From an uncultured Bacteroidales bacterium (GTDB lineage: Bacteria > Bacteroidota > Bacteroidia > Bacteroidales > UBA10428), in contig CAVVXI010000004.1 in assembly GCA_963752195.1 (NCBI GenBank), positions 87,979-151,978 of the forward strand: a stretch of DNA of 64,000 nt. Direction: 5' to 3'. Positions 39,276 through 50,104 of the stretch are shown piece by piece. A program made the position numbers and the translations under genes. The number at the start of each line of letters is the position of its first letter. The first letter of the stretch is position 1. The notes beneath the pieces are model-generated. The model made no database searches, was not told the origin of the DNA, and saw only the letters and a list, made by a program, of their open reading frames with translations.

Positions 39276-40613
39276 ATGTTCGATAATTTGTCCGACAGGC
39301 TTGAACGATCCTTTAAAATTTTAAAAGGTGAAGGAAGGATCACCGATATCAATGTTGCGGAAACCCTGAAGGAGATTCGCCGTGCACTTCTCGATGCTGA
39401 CGTCAATTACAAAATAGCCAAGTCTTTTACAGATAATGTAAAAGCCAAGGCAATGGGCGAGAAAATTGTGGCTTCGGTTAAGCCGGGCCAGATGATGGTA
39501 AAGATTGTTCATGATGAATTGGTAGCCCTGATGGGCGGTTCCAATGAGGATATTAACCTGAAAGGTAGTCCGACAGTTATTCTGATTGCCGGACTGCAGG
39601 GGTCGGGAAAGACGACCTTTACGGCCAAACTCGCCAGCCATCTGAGGCAGAAAAGGGGTAAATCGCCTATGCTGATCGCCGGTGACGTATATCGTCCTGC
39701 AGCCATTGAGCAGTTAAAGGTGCTCAGTGGACAGGTAAATATCCCGGTCTATACCGAGGATGGCAATCTGGATCCGGTTAAAATCGCGCAGAATGGTATA
39801 AAAGAAGCCAAAAGACTGGGTCACGACCTGGTCATCATTGATACGGCAGGCCGGCTGGCAATAGATACGGCCATGATGAATGAAATCGAATCCATTAAGA
39901 AGCACATCAGCCCGCATGAAATTCTTTTCGTGGTGGATTCAATGACCGGGCAGGATGCGGTAAATACCGCCAAAGAATTTAATGACAGGCTTAATTTCGA
40001 CGGTGTTGTCCTTACAAAAATGGATGGTGATACCCGGGGTGGTGCGGCACTTTCTATCAGGGCAGTCGTTGAAAAGCCTATCAAATTCATCAGTTCGGGA
40101 GAAAAACTTGAATCCATCGAGCTTTTCCATCCCGAAAGAATGGCAGACCGTATTTTGGGTATGGGGGATATTGTTACCCTTGTGGAAAAGGCACAGGAAC
40201 AGTTTGATGTGGAGTCGGCCCGGAAAATTCAAAAGAAAATTGCTAAAAATCAATTTACATTCAGTGATTTTCTAAGCCAGATACAGCAGATAAAAAAAAT
40301 GGGAAATATTAAGGAACTGGCCAGCATGATACCCGGTGTGGGCAAGGCTTTGAAGAATCTTGACATGGATGATAATGCATTCAAGGGAATTGAAGCGATC
40401 ATATTTTCAATGACTCCTGTGGAAAGAGAAAATCCGGATGTCATAAATGGCTCCCGAAGAAAAAGAATTGCAGAGGGAAGCGGAACCAATATCCAGGAAG
40501 TAAACCGGCTCATCAAGCAGTTTGATGAAACGCGGAAATTGATGAAAACGATTACAACAAGCAAAAACCCAATGCGTATGATGGGCAACATGCCCTCCAT
40601 GCGTGGAAAATAA
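39276..40613 (+). CDS. ffh: Signal recognition particle protein
   Basis: GLQGSGKTT, DVYRPAA, DTAGR, TKMDGDTRGG, Met-rich M domain. Confidence 0.98.
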   Translation: MFDNLSDRLERSFKILKGEGRITDINVAETLKEIRRALLDADVNYKIAKSFTDNVKAKAMGEKIVASVKPGQMMVKIVHDELVALMGGSNEDINLKGSPTVILIAGLQGSGKTTFTAKLASHLRQKRGKSPMLIAGDVYRPAAIEQLKVLSGQVNIPVYTEDGNLDPVKIAQNGIKEAKRLGHDLVIIDTAGRLAIDTAMMNEIESIKKHISPHEILFVVDSMTGQDAVNTAKEFNDRLNFDGVVLTKMDGDTRGGAALSIRAVVEKPIKFISSGEKLESIELFHPERMADRILGMGDIVTLVEKAQEQFDVESARKIQKKIAKNQFTFSDFLSQIQQIKKMGNIKELASMIPGVGKALKNLDMDDNAFKGIEAIIFSMTPVERENPDVINGSRRKRIAEGSGTNIQEVNRLIKQFDETRKLMKTITTSKNPMRMMGNMPSMRGK

Positions 40614-40631
40614 AACCTAAATATCCCATCC

Positions 40632-41522
40632 ATGCAACTCATCGACGGCAAAAAAATTGCTTCTGAAATTAAAGCCGAAATTGCCCTTGAGGTAAAGGAA
40701 ATGCTTGCCAAGGGCCATAAGGCGCCTCACCTGGCCGCAGTACTGGTAGGACATGACGGCGGCAGCGAAACCTATGTGGCGGGAAAGGTAAAAGCCTGCA
40801 AGGAAGTGGGCTTCCGCTCAACCCTGATCCGGTACGAGGATTCCGTTTCGGAAAGCACCCTGCTCGAAACCGTGAGCCAGTTGAACAAGGATTCTGAAAT
40901 AGATGGATTCATCGTACAGCTGCCCCTTCCTGACCATATTTCCGAACAAAAGGTTATTGAAGCAATCGACCCCTCCAAGGATGTGGATGGATTTCACCCG
41001 GTAAATGTGGGTCGTATGGTGCTTGGATTACCTGCCTTTGTTTCCGCTACACCGGCCGGCGTAATGGACCTTATCACCCGTTATAAAATCCCGACCGCCG
41101 GCAAAAACTGTGTGGTTGTTGGCCGTAGCAATAACGTTGGAAAGCCGATGGGGATGCTGTTATCATTAAAAGGTTACCCGGGCGATGCAACGGTGACCCT
41201 TTGCCACAGCCGGACCGTTGATCTCCCCGGAGTGATCCGCAAGGCAGATATTGTTATTGCAGCGCTTGGAAAAGCCGAGTTTATCACTGCCGATATGGTA
41301 AAGGATGGTGCAGTGGTTATTGATGTGGGGATTACCCGGGTGCCATCGTCAGTCACGAAATCGGGATGGAAACTGATCGGCGATGTGAAGTTCGATGAGG
41401 TTGCCCCTAAATGCAGTTTTATCACTCCCGTGCCCGGAGGCGTAGGACCCATGACGATAGTGTCGCTGTTGAAAAATACACTGAAGGCAGCCGGTTTACG
41501 ATCTCCTTCATTGCAAACATGA
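40632..41522 (+). CDS. folD: Methylenetetrahydrofolate dehydrogenase/cyclohydrolase
   Basis: [35 protein letters not shown]. Confidence 0.97.
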   Translation: MQLIDGKKIASEIKAEIALEVKEMLAKGHKAPHLAAVLVGHDGGSETYVAGKVKACKEVGFRSTLIRYEDSVSESTLLETVSQLNKDSEIDGFIVQLPLPDHISEQKVIEAIDPSKDVDGFHPVNVGRMVLGLPAFVSATPAGVMDLITRYKIPTAGKNCVVVGRSNNVGKPMGMLLSLKGYPGDATVTLCHSRTVDLPGVIRKADIVIAALGKAEFITADMVKDGAVVIDVGITRVPSSVTKSGWKLIGDVKFDEVAPKCSFITPVPGGVGPMTIVSLLKNTLKAAGLRSPSLQT

Positions 41523-43882
41523 GAATACTGATTTATATATCGCTCGTGTTAACCGGTGTGTTTTTTACAGGATGTAAAAAAGATCCCGATGAACAAAGAT
41601 TATCCTGGTCAACCGAGGCCCCGCTTTCTATTCCATACAGGCAAAGAATCCAGCGGTTTGAAAAAAGCAACATGCTGCGAAACTGTTCATTTGAAACCGG
41701 TAAAATCTTCAGGGTGGACAGCCTGAAAACATCCTTTGTGATCGACGGATGGCACCAGATGGGAGAGCACGTGAAATGGGTTGATACCCGGAACACGGAT
41801 ATTTACCGGAAAAATGAGGCTTTTTCAGGGTACAGGTCCATAAAGATTGTCAGGCTACATGCGAATGAAACCGATGAAGAGGGTGAGGGAGTGCTTTCTG
41901 AATTTGTTAAGGTCATACCGGGGAACTACAGCTTTTCATTTTTTACACGACTTGAAAATGTTAAGCCTGTGAAAAGCCGGCTTGGTATTAAAATGAACGA
42001 TGCGGTGGATATTCAGTTAAAATTTTTTGATCGCAATAAAAATGAAATTTCAGCAGCGGCCGATTTTCCGCAGCAGGGACAAACCATTGATAACTCCTTC
42101 AAATCACTTTCTTTTGCGAATTATAGCACTATCCCCTCCTTTGGATGGGGAAAGATCATAGGCAAATCTGCTGATTTTCCATTTCCCGATGGCGATATAC
42201 CAACAAATGCCCATTATGTTAAAATATTCATTGGGCTGAAAGGCACGGGAACGATGTGGATTGACAGTGTCAATTTTTCCTATACAGGGAAGAATTTTTC
42301 AGTTGAGGAGAGAATGATGACTTACACAGATACCAACACGCATTTGCCGTCAGTTGTTATACCTACGCCCAAAAAAATGGAGCGGCTTGAATCGGTTATC
42401 CTCTTTAAACCTTCTGATACAACCAGTATGCCTGTAATAGTCATCCCGGAGGATGCGGATATTACAACACAGAAAGCAGCGCGCCTGTTTCAGGCTTCCC
42501 TGGCTGTCAAAAATCCTGCCGTGAGGATACTCACCCCCAGGCAAGCACAGGTAAAAAACAAGGGACTCACTTTCATTCTTGGCAAAACCTCCCTGTACCC
42601 GGAACTCCAGGCTGCCTTGCCTGCTTCCGAAATTAGCGGCCATCCGCAGGGATATTATATTTTTACCCCGCCCGAAAAGCCGGATGTAGTATTCCTCGGA
42701 GGAAATACGAGCGATGGAATTTATTATGCTGTGCTTTCCGCGATACAGCTCATCGATGAAAAACAACCCGTGTTTCACAATGCACAAATAGTCGATTATC
42801 CCGATTTTAAAAACCGGTATTTTACGCTTGGTGATTTGAAGGATAAATCGCTGACCGAACCTTATTCGCGGGTGGCGGCAGATCTGGCCGGCTATAAAAT
42901 GAATGGGGTTTTTTATAAAGCGGTTTCACGGCAGGATCTCTCCGGGAATAATCCCCTGAACGATTATACAGATAAAGTATCCCGGCTGCCGGTTTTCAAC
43001 GTCGGGATTATTTCCGCGGATAGGACGGCAGAGTCCCCTAAAAGGGGCGGCAAAATTGTTTTTGCTCCCCGCTGGATACTCCCCGAAGATTCCACTTTGA
43101 CGTATCCGCAAGGGATGAACCTTACCCTGCCGGATTCCATACCGGCATCAAATACTTTTCTGATCGCTCCTGTCTATAACAATTATCTGCTGTACTATAT
43201 GCAGTATATGAACCAGGAGATGATTGGTTCATCCTCGAGTACCTTTCTCTATTCAGGCAGTTCATTTTTCAGCCTGAATACCGATGATGCTGATTTTGCA
43301 GGTTTTTATACCTATGCTCATTCGAAACCGGTGTTCATGGATAATTCAATGCTTACTTCCACTACCTGGGGTGAATACAATGGTACATATCCCTATTATC
43401 CTGGAAAACTGAGGCTGTTCAATATTGTAGAGCCTTTCATGAATACTGGCATCCGCGATCATCTGGGCCAGATGGATACATCCCTCTTCTGGATAAACCT
43501 TCCGGCAACTTCCGAATTTAATATGATAAGGCTGGCTACCGCCGCTGACTTTATGTGGAACACAAAAGATTACGATCCGGAATATTCGTTGTGGAAAATT
43601 GTCGTATCAAGGTATGGCGTGAATGCGGCAAGGGAACTGATCCATTTTGCCAGTCAATACGGATTGTTGCTTGAAACAGAATTGAGACTTCAAAAAAATG
43701 AGCAGGTCCAGCGGAATTTGAAAAATATCAGGGGGGATCTTTCCGTATTGTCGGTTTCAACCCGCAACCTTGAAAAATGGTTAGGAGCTGACCATCCACT
43801 GGTTCGCGACATCCGTACGTTAAATACACAGTTAAAATCCCGCCTGGAATATATGAGCAGATCAATGGTTTCAAATCCCTGA
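41519..43882 (+). CDS. Large lipoprotein with carbohydrate-binding-like, GH20 domain-2-like and degenerate GH84-like regions
   Basis: ATGA overlap with folD stop; lipobox [27 protein letters not shown] and [13 protein letters not shown] segments. Confidence 0.6.
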   Translation: MRILIYISLVLTGVFFTGCKKDPDEQRLSWSTEAPLSIPYRQRIQRFEKSNMLRNCSFETGKIFRVDSLKTSFVIDGWHQMGEHVKWVDTRNTDIYRKNEAFSGYRSIKIVRLHANETDEEGEGVLSEFVKVIPGNYSFSFFTRLENVKPVKSRLGIKMNDAVDIQLKFFDRNKNEISAAADFPQQGQTIDNSFKSLSFANYSTIPSFGWGKIIGKSADFPFPDGDIPTNAHYVKIFIGLKGTGTMWIDSVNFSYTGKNFSVEERMMTYTDTNTHLPSVVIPTPKKMERLESVILFKPSDTTSMPVIVIPEDADITTQKAARLFQASLAVKNPAVRILTPRQAQVKNKGLTFILGKTSLYPELQAALPASEISGHPQGYYIFTPPEKPDVVFLGGNTSDGIYYAVLSAIQLIDEKQPVFHNAQIVDYPDFKNRYFTLGDLKDKSLTEPYSRVAADLAGYKMNGVFYKAVSRQDLSGNNPLNDYTDKVSRLPVFNVGIISADRTAESPKRGGKIVFAPRWILPEDSTLTYPQGMNLTLPDSIPASNTFLIAPVYNNYLLYYMQYMNQEMIGSSSSTFLYSGSSFFSLNTDDADFAGFYTYAHSKPVFMDNSMLTSTTWGEYNGTYPYYPGKLRLFNIVEPFMNTGIRDHLGQMDTSLFWINLPATSEFNMIRLATAADFMWNTKDYDPEYSLWKIVVSRYGVNAARELIHFASQYGLLLETELRLQKNEQVQRNLKNIRGDLSVLSVSTRNLEKWLGADHPLVRDIRTLNTQLKSRLEYMSRSMVSNP

Positions 43883-43934
43883 TTTTTCTATATTGTTAAG
43901 TTTTTTATTAAATTAGCTGCCAAGTACGGGTCCA

Positions 43935-45371
43935 ATGTTTACTGACTGGGATAATTTTCAAGAGGAGGATGAGACACTTGAAGCGGTAAAACGCTACAGG
44001 GAAATGCTTGCACATAACAGTCATGTATTTTTTGATCTCTACGAATACGAGTTTATCATCGATTACTTCATAGAACAGTTCAATTTCAAGGACGCCCTGC
44101 AGGCTGTAAAAAATGCCCTTGAACAGCATCCTTATGCCACATCGGTAAAGCTTAAGCACGTCCAGTTGCTGATTGAAACCGGCAAACCGGGCAAAGCACT
44201 GGGTATGATCCGGAATATCCAGGATGCCGAGGCATCAAATTATGAACTTTTCCTGGCGAAAGGAATTGCCCTGAATCTTACAGGGAAATTCAAGGAGGCA
44301 TTGACTGAATTTGAAATTGCCATCCGGTTGTGCAGTGAAAACAGGGAAGAAGTGGCTTATAATATTGCTCAATCTTTCATGCAGATTGGAAAGCATTCCC
44401 AGGCTATTAAATACCTTATGCTGTCGTATGATTTTAATGCAGAAAATGTGCTGGTATTATATGACCTGGCCCTTAACTATGAAAAACTTGATTGCCAGGA
44501 AAAGAGTATTGAATATTATCTGAAATATCTGGAGCTCGATCCTTTTGCCGAACATGTATGGAATAACCTGGGTCTGATTTATTCTTCGGTTGAAAATTCT
44601 GAAAGGGCGACAGAGGCTTTTGATTTTGCCATTGCCATTAACCCGCATTATTTTTCGGCTTATTATAACAAGGCTGAACTTTGCATATTCAATAACAATC
44701 TATCCGATGCCATTGATGTGTATAATGAGCTCCTTTTGCAGGATAATTCCAATACAAAGGCCCTGAGTGACCTGGGTAACTGCTATGAAGAGAGTGGCAA
44801 CTATCTTGAAGCACTGAAAGCCTATGACAGGGCCATTAAAATTTCCTGCGACTGTTCTGATGCCTGGTTTGGCAAGGGTATGGTATATTTTCGGCAAAAA
44901 AAGTACAGGCCCAGCATCTCCTCCTTTAAAAAAGCGGTTGGGTTTCATCCTGGCAATTCTGATTTCTGGTTTATGCTGGGAGAGGCGTTTTCAAGATACC
45001 GCAAGCTGGACCAGGCTATTCATGCATATTCCAGGGCTGCCGAACTAAATCCACTCGATTTCGAAGCATGGATGGCATGTGCCCAGGTTCTTTTCAGAAA
45101 AAAACGGGTTGGGGAAGCGATCAATATGCTGATCAAATTGTATCAGCATAATCATGAAAACCCTACAATTAATTACAGGCTTGCTGCTTATCATGCGTAC
45201 CAGCTCGACTTCGCAAATGCAAATAAGTATTTTGAAAAAGGGCTCAGGCTGAATTTTCCTGAGCATCATGATATGTTCAGGCAATTTCCCAAGACCAGAG
45301 CTGTGACAGGTTTCAAAACGCTGATCGATGAACATATACAGCCCCAGCCTGTGATCAAAAAAACAAAATAA
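43935..45371 (+). CDS. Tetratricopeptide repeat protein
   Basis: Multiple TPR units (VWNNLG, AYYNKA, AWFGKG); upstream of comA-aroE. Confidence 0.9.
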   Translation: MFTDWDNFQEEDETLEAVKRYREMLAHNSHVFFDLYEYEFIIDYFIEQFNFKDALQAVKNALEQHPYATSVKLKHVQLLIETGKPGKALGMIRNIQDAEASNYELFLAKGIALNLTGKFKEALTEFEIAIRLCSENREEVAYNIAQSFMQIGKHSQAIKYLMLSYDFNAENVLVLYDLALNYEKLDCQEKSIEYYLKYLELDPFAEHVWNNLGLIYSSVENSERATEAFDFAIAINPHYFSAYYNKAELCIFNNNLSDAIDVYNELLLQDNSNTKALSDLGNCYEESGNYLEALKAYDRAIKISCDCSDAWFGKGMVYFRQKKYRPSISSFKKAVGFHPGNSDFWFMLGEAFSRYRKLDQAIHAYSRAAELNPLDFEAWMACAQVLFRKKRVGEAINMLIKLYQHNHENPTINYRLAAYHAYQLDFANANKYFEKGLRLNFPEHHDMFRQFPKTRAVTGFKTLIDEHIQPQPVIKKTK

Positions 45372-45380
45372 ATCATTTCT

Positions 45381-46190
45381 ATGCAGATCAAGTTACCTTA
45401 CCTCCCCGAAAGATCCACCAAACCGCGGAATTCCGGTCTCACCATGATGATGGACAAAGGTTTAAGCACCAGTGAAGCCGCAAATTTCATAGAGATGAAT
45501 GCCCATCTTACCGACCTGGTGAAACTTGGTTTCGGAACTTCGGTCGCAAGTCCGGGTATCGAAAGAAAAATCGGGTTATACAAGGAAGCTGATATTCACA
45601 CTTACCTGGGGGGTACCTTGTTCGAAGCTTTTGTTATCCGCGATATGTTTGAGGATTATATCAGGCTGGTGGATACACTGGGTCTGACAACAGTAGAGGT
45701 ATCCGACGGATCCATGTATATTCATCACAGCGATAAGCTGAATTATATTCGTCGTCTTTCAAAGCAGTTCAGAGTACTTTCAGAAGTGGGATCCAAGCAA
45801 AAGGGAGTAGAAATCCCCGATGATGTGTGGGTTGAAATGATGAAATCGGAGTTGGATGCCGGTGCCTGGAAGGTTATCGGCGAAGCTCGTGAAAGCGGCA
45901 CAACCGGTCTGTATCATGCGGATGGCAGCGCAAATGTGCAATTGATCAGCCTGATTAATTCAAAGCTGAAAGCTTCTGACATTCTATGGGAAGCTCCAAC
46001 CGGCAAGCAACAGGCATGGTTTATCAAACTGATCGGACCGGAAGTGAATCTTGGAAATATTGCTCCAGGCGACGTTATTCCCCTGGAAACCCTTCGGCTG
46101 GGATTGCGGGGAGATACCTTCTTTGATTTTTTACCTTCCTCGTTGAAGGAAAAGAGGCCTGATTCGGAATTATACCATCATCTCGATTAG
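45381..46190 (+). CDS. Phosphosulfolactate synthase (ComA) family protein
   Basis: KPR..GLTMMMDKG, KLGFGTS, GGTLFE, EVSDG, SEVGSK, EARESG, LETLRLGLRGDT. Confidence 0.9.
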   Translation: MQIKLPYLPERSTKPRNSGLTMMMDKGLSTSEAANFIEMNAHLTDLVKLGFGTSVASPGIERKIGLYKEADIHTYLGGTLFEAFVIRDMFEDYIRLVDTLGLTTVEVSDGSMYIHHSDKLNYIRRLSKQFRVLSEVGSKQKGVEIPDDVWVEMMKSELDAGAWKVIGEARESGTTGLYHADGSANVQLISLINSKLKASDILWEAPTGKQQAWFIKLIGPEVNLGNIAPGDVIPLETLRLGLRGDTFFDFLPSSLKEKRPDSELYHHLD

Positions 46191-46204
46191 ATCATAACCT
46201 TGCC

Positions 46205-46954
46205 ATGCGATGCTTTGGGTTAATCGGCTATCCGCTTTCGCATTCCTTTTCGACGAAGTATTTTGCAGAAAAGTTTGAACGCGAGGGCATATTGGATTGC
46301 TGTTACGACAATTACCCGATTGAACATATCGGGTTGCTGATGTCGCTGATTTCCCACAATCGCGATTTAACCGGTTTGAATGTGACAATACCGTTTAAGC
46401 AACAGGTCATTGACCTGCTGGATGAACTGGACCCCGAAGCAGCAGAGGTAGGCGCAATAAATACAATCAAGATTTCAAGGAGCGATCATAAGATATGGCT
46501 GAAAGGATATAATACGGATGTCTATGGATTTCGGAAATCCATTTCACCCTTCCTTCAAAACCATCCCTATCGCGCATTTATCCTCGGAACCGGTGGATCC
46601 TCCAAGGCTGTGGGGTTTGTTCTCAAAAAGCGGGGCATGGAGGTGATCTTCGTGTCGCGGAATCCCGAAATGGAAAATCATATATCGTACAAAGATCTTC
46701 CCAGCCTGATCAGGGAGCCCTCTGTTATTGTAAATGCCAGTCCCGCGGGAATGTATCCCCACACAGATACTTGCCCGGATATTCCCTATGAATTGCTGAC
46801 TCCCGGCCATATCCTGTTTGACCTGATCTATAATCCACCGGAAACGCTTTTTCTCACGAAAGGAAAGGAGAAGGGTTCAACTATAATAAATGGCCTGCAA
46901 ATGTTACATATGCAGGCCGAAAGATCATGGGAGATCTGGAATGAGGAGGATTAA
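46205..46954 (+). CDS. aroE: Shikimate dehydrogenase
   Basis: GYPLSHSFS, GLNVTIPFK, GAINT, NTD, DLIYNP, NGLQML..QA. Confidence 0.94.
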   Translation: MRCFGLIGYPLSHSFSTKYFAEKFEREGILDCCYDNYPIEHIGLLMSLISHNRDLTGLNVTIPFKQQVIDLLDELDPEAAEVGAINTIKISRSDHKIWLKGYNTDVYGFRKSISPFLQNHPYRAFILGTGGSSKAVGFVLKKRGMEVIFVSRNPEMENHISYKDLPSLIREPSVIVNASPAGMYPHTDTCPDIPYELLTPGHILFDLIYNPPETLFLTKGKEKGSTIINGLQMLHMQAERSWEIWNEED

Positions 46955-46966
46955 CCCATAAATGCA

Positions 46967-47476
46967 CTAATTCCGTTGCGCAGACATCTCCTGAAGCTTT
47001 GAACTGAATTTGATCCCTGACTTCAAAGCATTGTCCGCTTTGATCTCGAATTTCAGCTTATCATCCACCAGAAGGAAATTGATTGAGGATCCCTCGTCGA
47101 GGGCACCCGATTTTTCCGTGATGATCAGGGTACTTTTACCATTTATCTGACTCAGGATCTGGGGTAACTGCTTTGTTTTTTCAAAAGGGACAAACAATAT
47201 ATGGCAGGTGTTGATCTCTTGTGGCGATTTATACCGTACAATACTGATATCACGGGTTCCTACTTTCTTGCCTTTTGTATAGAGTTCAAGTTCCATGGTT
47301 ATTTCCGTGGCACCCAGCACTCCTATTACAAAATTTCCGCTGCGGTAATCGGGCGGCCACTCTATTAATCTGGAAAAATTGTATATAAACATCGTCTGCG
47401 CTTTTGGAATTGTACTCTGCATATATGCAACCGACGCAAAAAGTAATCCGATAATCGTGGCTAAAGCTTTTTTCAT
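46967..47476 (-). CDS. YfiR (DUF4154) family periplasmic protein
   Basis: Signal peptide, FIYNFSRLIEWP, CHILFV, INF...DKLKFEI, SSKL. Confidence 0.85.
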   Translation of the reverse strand: MKKALATIIGLLFASVAYMQSTIPKAQTMFIYNFSRLIEWPPDYRSGNFVIGVLGATEITMELELYTKGKKVGTRDISIVRYKSPQEINTCHILFVPFEKTKQLPQILSQINGKSTLIITEKSGALDEGSSINFLLVDDKLKFEIKADNALKSGIKFSSKLQEMSAQRN

Positions 47477-47628
47477 TGATGAGAAATTTTTTAATGCCTG
47501 AAGTTTATACGGGGATATTGTTATAATTGTTCGCAATTTTTATTTAATTGTTTTAAATTATTGGAAATGAAAAGGTGACCGGCTACATAAAAGCCGATTC
47601 CGGAGTGAAAATGCAGAAAAGAAAAGAT

Positions 47629-48390
47629 TTATCCTGCGGAAGTAAGGCGAAGGTCGGGATAGGAAATGTTCATAAGGTACAATCCATGGGCAGGCACAGA
47701 AAAACCGGCATGGCTTCTGTCTTTGGCTTCAATGATGTCTGTAAATCCCCGGATGCCGGTTTTTCCCAGACCTACATCGATCATTGTACCTACAATGGCT
47801 CTCACCATATTTCTCAGAAAACGGTCGGCCTTTACAGTGAATACGATCATGCTGCCCTCACGGCTCCATTTAGCTTCGGTAATATGACAGTCATTAGTCA
47901 TGACATCTGAATGCAACTTGCTGAAACTGGTGAAATCAGAATATTCCATTAGCTTTTGTGCCGCCTGGTTCATGGCATCCAGATCCAATGGCCTGGAAAA
48001 ATACCACGAAAACGGGATAACAAAGGGATCCTTATACTGGCATATCCTGTATTCATACATGCGTGACAAGGCACTGAAACGGGCGTGGGCATCCGATTTT
48101 ACCGGGTAAAGATCTTTTACCGAAATGTCAGCCGGCAAAATACAATTGAGCTTGTATACACACTGGCTTCCGGTTAAAAACAAAGGATGACAACTGTCAA
48201 AATGCAGCGTAAAATTCCGCGCGTGAACACCCGTATCGGTTCTTCCGGCACCGGTGGTTTTAATTGAATCACCCGTCAGATGCTTCAGAGAATTCTCAAG
48301 AATCATTTGCACAGTGGTTGCATTTGGCTGTATTTGCCAGCCATGATAACGGGTGCCCAGGTATGATATTTCTAAAAAATATCGGATCAT
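47629..48390 (-). CDS. truA: tRNA pseudouridine(38-40) synthase
   Basis: Y.GTRYHGWQ.Q, GAGRTDTGVHA, FLRNMVRAIVG. Confidence 0.96.
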   Translation of the reverse strand: MIRYFLEISYLGTRYHGWQIQPNATTVQMILENSLKHLTGDSIKTTGAGRTDTGVHARNFTLHFDSCHPLFLTGSQCVYKLNCILPADISVKDLYPVKSDAHARFSALSRMYEYRICQYKDPFVIPFSWYFSRPLDLDAMNQAAQKLMEYSDFTSFSKLHSDVMTNDCHITEAKWSREGSMIVFTVKADRFLRNMVRAIVGTMIDVGLGKTGIRGFTDIIEAKDRSHAGFSVPAHGLYLMNISYPDLRLTSAG

Positions 48391-48474
48391 CGTTTTATCT
48401 TGAATTCTTCAAAATTGCATTTATATGTGCTTATTTGGAAGGTTTTAAAGAAATATATTTTCATTATGAACCAT

Positions 48475-48533
48475 TTAACAATTTTTAACAGAACATTAGG
48501 CTAAGAGCGCCAGTATATTAACATACCTTAACG
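48475..48533. promoter_or_regulatory. Two pairs of TTAAC(A/G) direct repeats at 10-bp spacing
   Basis: TTAACA at 48475 and 48485; TTAACA at 48518 and TTAACG at 48528; a TACTTTCG -7-like box at 48566-48573. Confidence 0.4.
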
Positions 48534-48680
48534 GTGGGTCTTGTATGGGATGGGACAAAAATTGTTACTTTCGCACTGTTCATAAAATCCGCATAGGAAA
48601 GAAACAGTAAATCTGTGATTATAACGATATATCAGAAGATAATTTAAAATATTTATTGCTTATTTTAATGATGAACCAAA

Positions 48681-49679
48681 ATGGCTGATCTTTCTATTCA
48701 AATCAGGGAGCTTAACAAAAAAATAGAGCTTGAAAGCGCATTTATTGAGCGCATCAATCAGGAAATAAGAAAGGTGATCATTGGTCAGAAGCATCTGATC
48801 GAGGGATTGCTCATCGGATTACTATCTGACGGACATGTATTGCTTGAGGGAGTTCCGGGTCTGGCAAAAACCCTGGCGATAAATACTCTGGCCCATACGA
48901 TAAATGCTGATTTCAGCCGTATTCAGTTTACTCCCGACCTGTTGCCTGCCGACCTCATCGGAACGATGATCTACAGTCAGAAAAAGGAAGAATTCATGGT
49001 GAAGAAAGGACCTGTTTTTACCAATTTTCTGCTGGCGGATGAGATTAACCGTTCTCCGGCAAAAGTTCAAAGTGCACTTCTTGAGGCGATGCAGGAAAAG
49101 CAGGTAACCATCGGAAGCCAGTCTTTTGTTTTGCCGAAACCGTTTATGGTGCTGGCAACACAAAATCCGATTGAACAGGAAGGCACCTATCCTCTGCCGG
49201 AAGCCCAGGTGGACCGGTTCATGCTGAAGCTGGTGATTACCTATCCTACAATCGAAGAGGAAAAGCTGATCATGCGCGAGAATACTGCCATGGATTTTCC
49301 CGTTGCCGATAAGATACTGACAACGGAGGAAATTCTGCAGTCGCGGATCACGGTCAAAGAAGTGTATATGGATGAGAAGATAGAGCAATACATATTGAAT
49401 ATTGTTTTTGCAACCCGCAATCCGGCGAATTACAACCTTCCGGCATATAAAAATATGATCAGCTACGGCGCTTCTCCCCGTGCCAGCATAAACCTGGCAA
49501 GAGCCGCGAAAGCGTATGCCTTTATTAAGCATCGCGGATTTGTAATACCGGAAGATGTTCGGGCTGTTTGCCTCGATGTCTTGAGGCACCGCATCGGGTT
49601 AACGTATGAAGCGGAAGCTGAAAATATAACTTCGGAAGATATAGTCACCGATATTCTCAACAACATTGAGGTGCCATAA
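48681..49679 (+). CDS. moxR: MoxR family AAA+ ATPase
   Basis: LEGVPGLAKT, RIQFTPDLLPAD, LADEINR, ATQNPIEQEGTYPLPEAQVDRF. Confidence 0.95.
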   Translation: MADLSIQIRELNKKIELESAFIERINQEIRKVIIGQKHLIEGLLIGLLSDGHVLLEGVPGLAKTLAINTLAHTINADFSRIQFTPDLLPADLIGTMIYSQKKEEFMVKKGPVFTNFLLADEINRSPAKVQSALLEAMQEKQVTIGSQSFVLPKPFMVLATQNPIEQEGTYPLPEAQVDRFMLKLVITYPTIEEEKLIMRENTAMDFPVADKILTTEEILQSRITVKEVYMDEKIEQYILNIVFATRNPANYNLPAYKNMISYGASPRASINLARAAKAYAFIKHRGFVIPEDVRAVCLDVLRHRIGLTYEAEAENITSEDIVTDILNNIEVP

Positions 49680-49680
49680 T

Positions 49681-50097
49681 ATGAAGAGAGGTTACAGTTA
49701 TACGATCGTCTTTTTGTTGTTGATGGCCGGCCTGGCTGAACTAAAGGGCCAGAATTTCATCGGTATGCCCAAAAGTGATATCCCGGCTTTGCTGAAATCC
49801 CTGCACCCGGAGTTCAAACTTGATAAAAGTGCGGTTAACCATGCTTACAACTACCTGAAATTTGTGGATAAGGTAAGCGAACAAACCTTGCTGTTTTTTT
49901 TATCGGAAAAGGATGTTTGCACTTATGTAAGATGGATCTCCGACTACTCGAACCTGGGTGATATGACGGCTATGCTGAACCATAACTATCACAAAAGCGG
50001 CGCCAATTTGTGGACGTATACCGATAAAGGGGATGATTATTCGGTAGCTCTGACAGAAGGCGAATGGTATTTTACTGTTAGTTTCCGAAAGAATTAA
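49681..50097 (+). CDS. Hypothetical exported protein
   Basis: 138 aa with signal peptide ending before Q (QNFIG), tightly packed between moxR and the DUF58 gene. Confidence 0.7.
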   Translation: MKRGYSYTIVFLLLMAGLAELKGQNFIGMPKSDIPALLKSLHPEFKLDKSAVNHAYNYLKFVDKVSEQTLLFFLSEKDVCTYVRWISDYSNLGDMTAMLNHNYHKSGANLWTYTDKGDDYSVALTEGEWYFTVSFRKN

Positions 50098-50104
50098 TGC
50101 GGTT

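Noticed and set aside
41411..41518. Upstream extensions of ORF-track calls (41411, 25432, 59088, 24426, 28791)
   Set aside because: They overlap neighbouring genes or promoters; downstream ATGs give proper signal peptides or family N-termini
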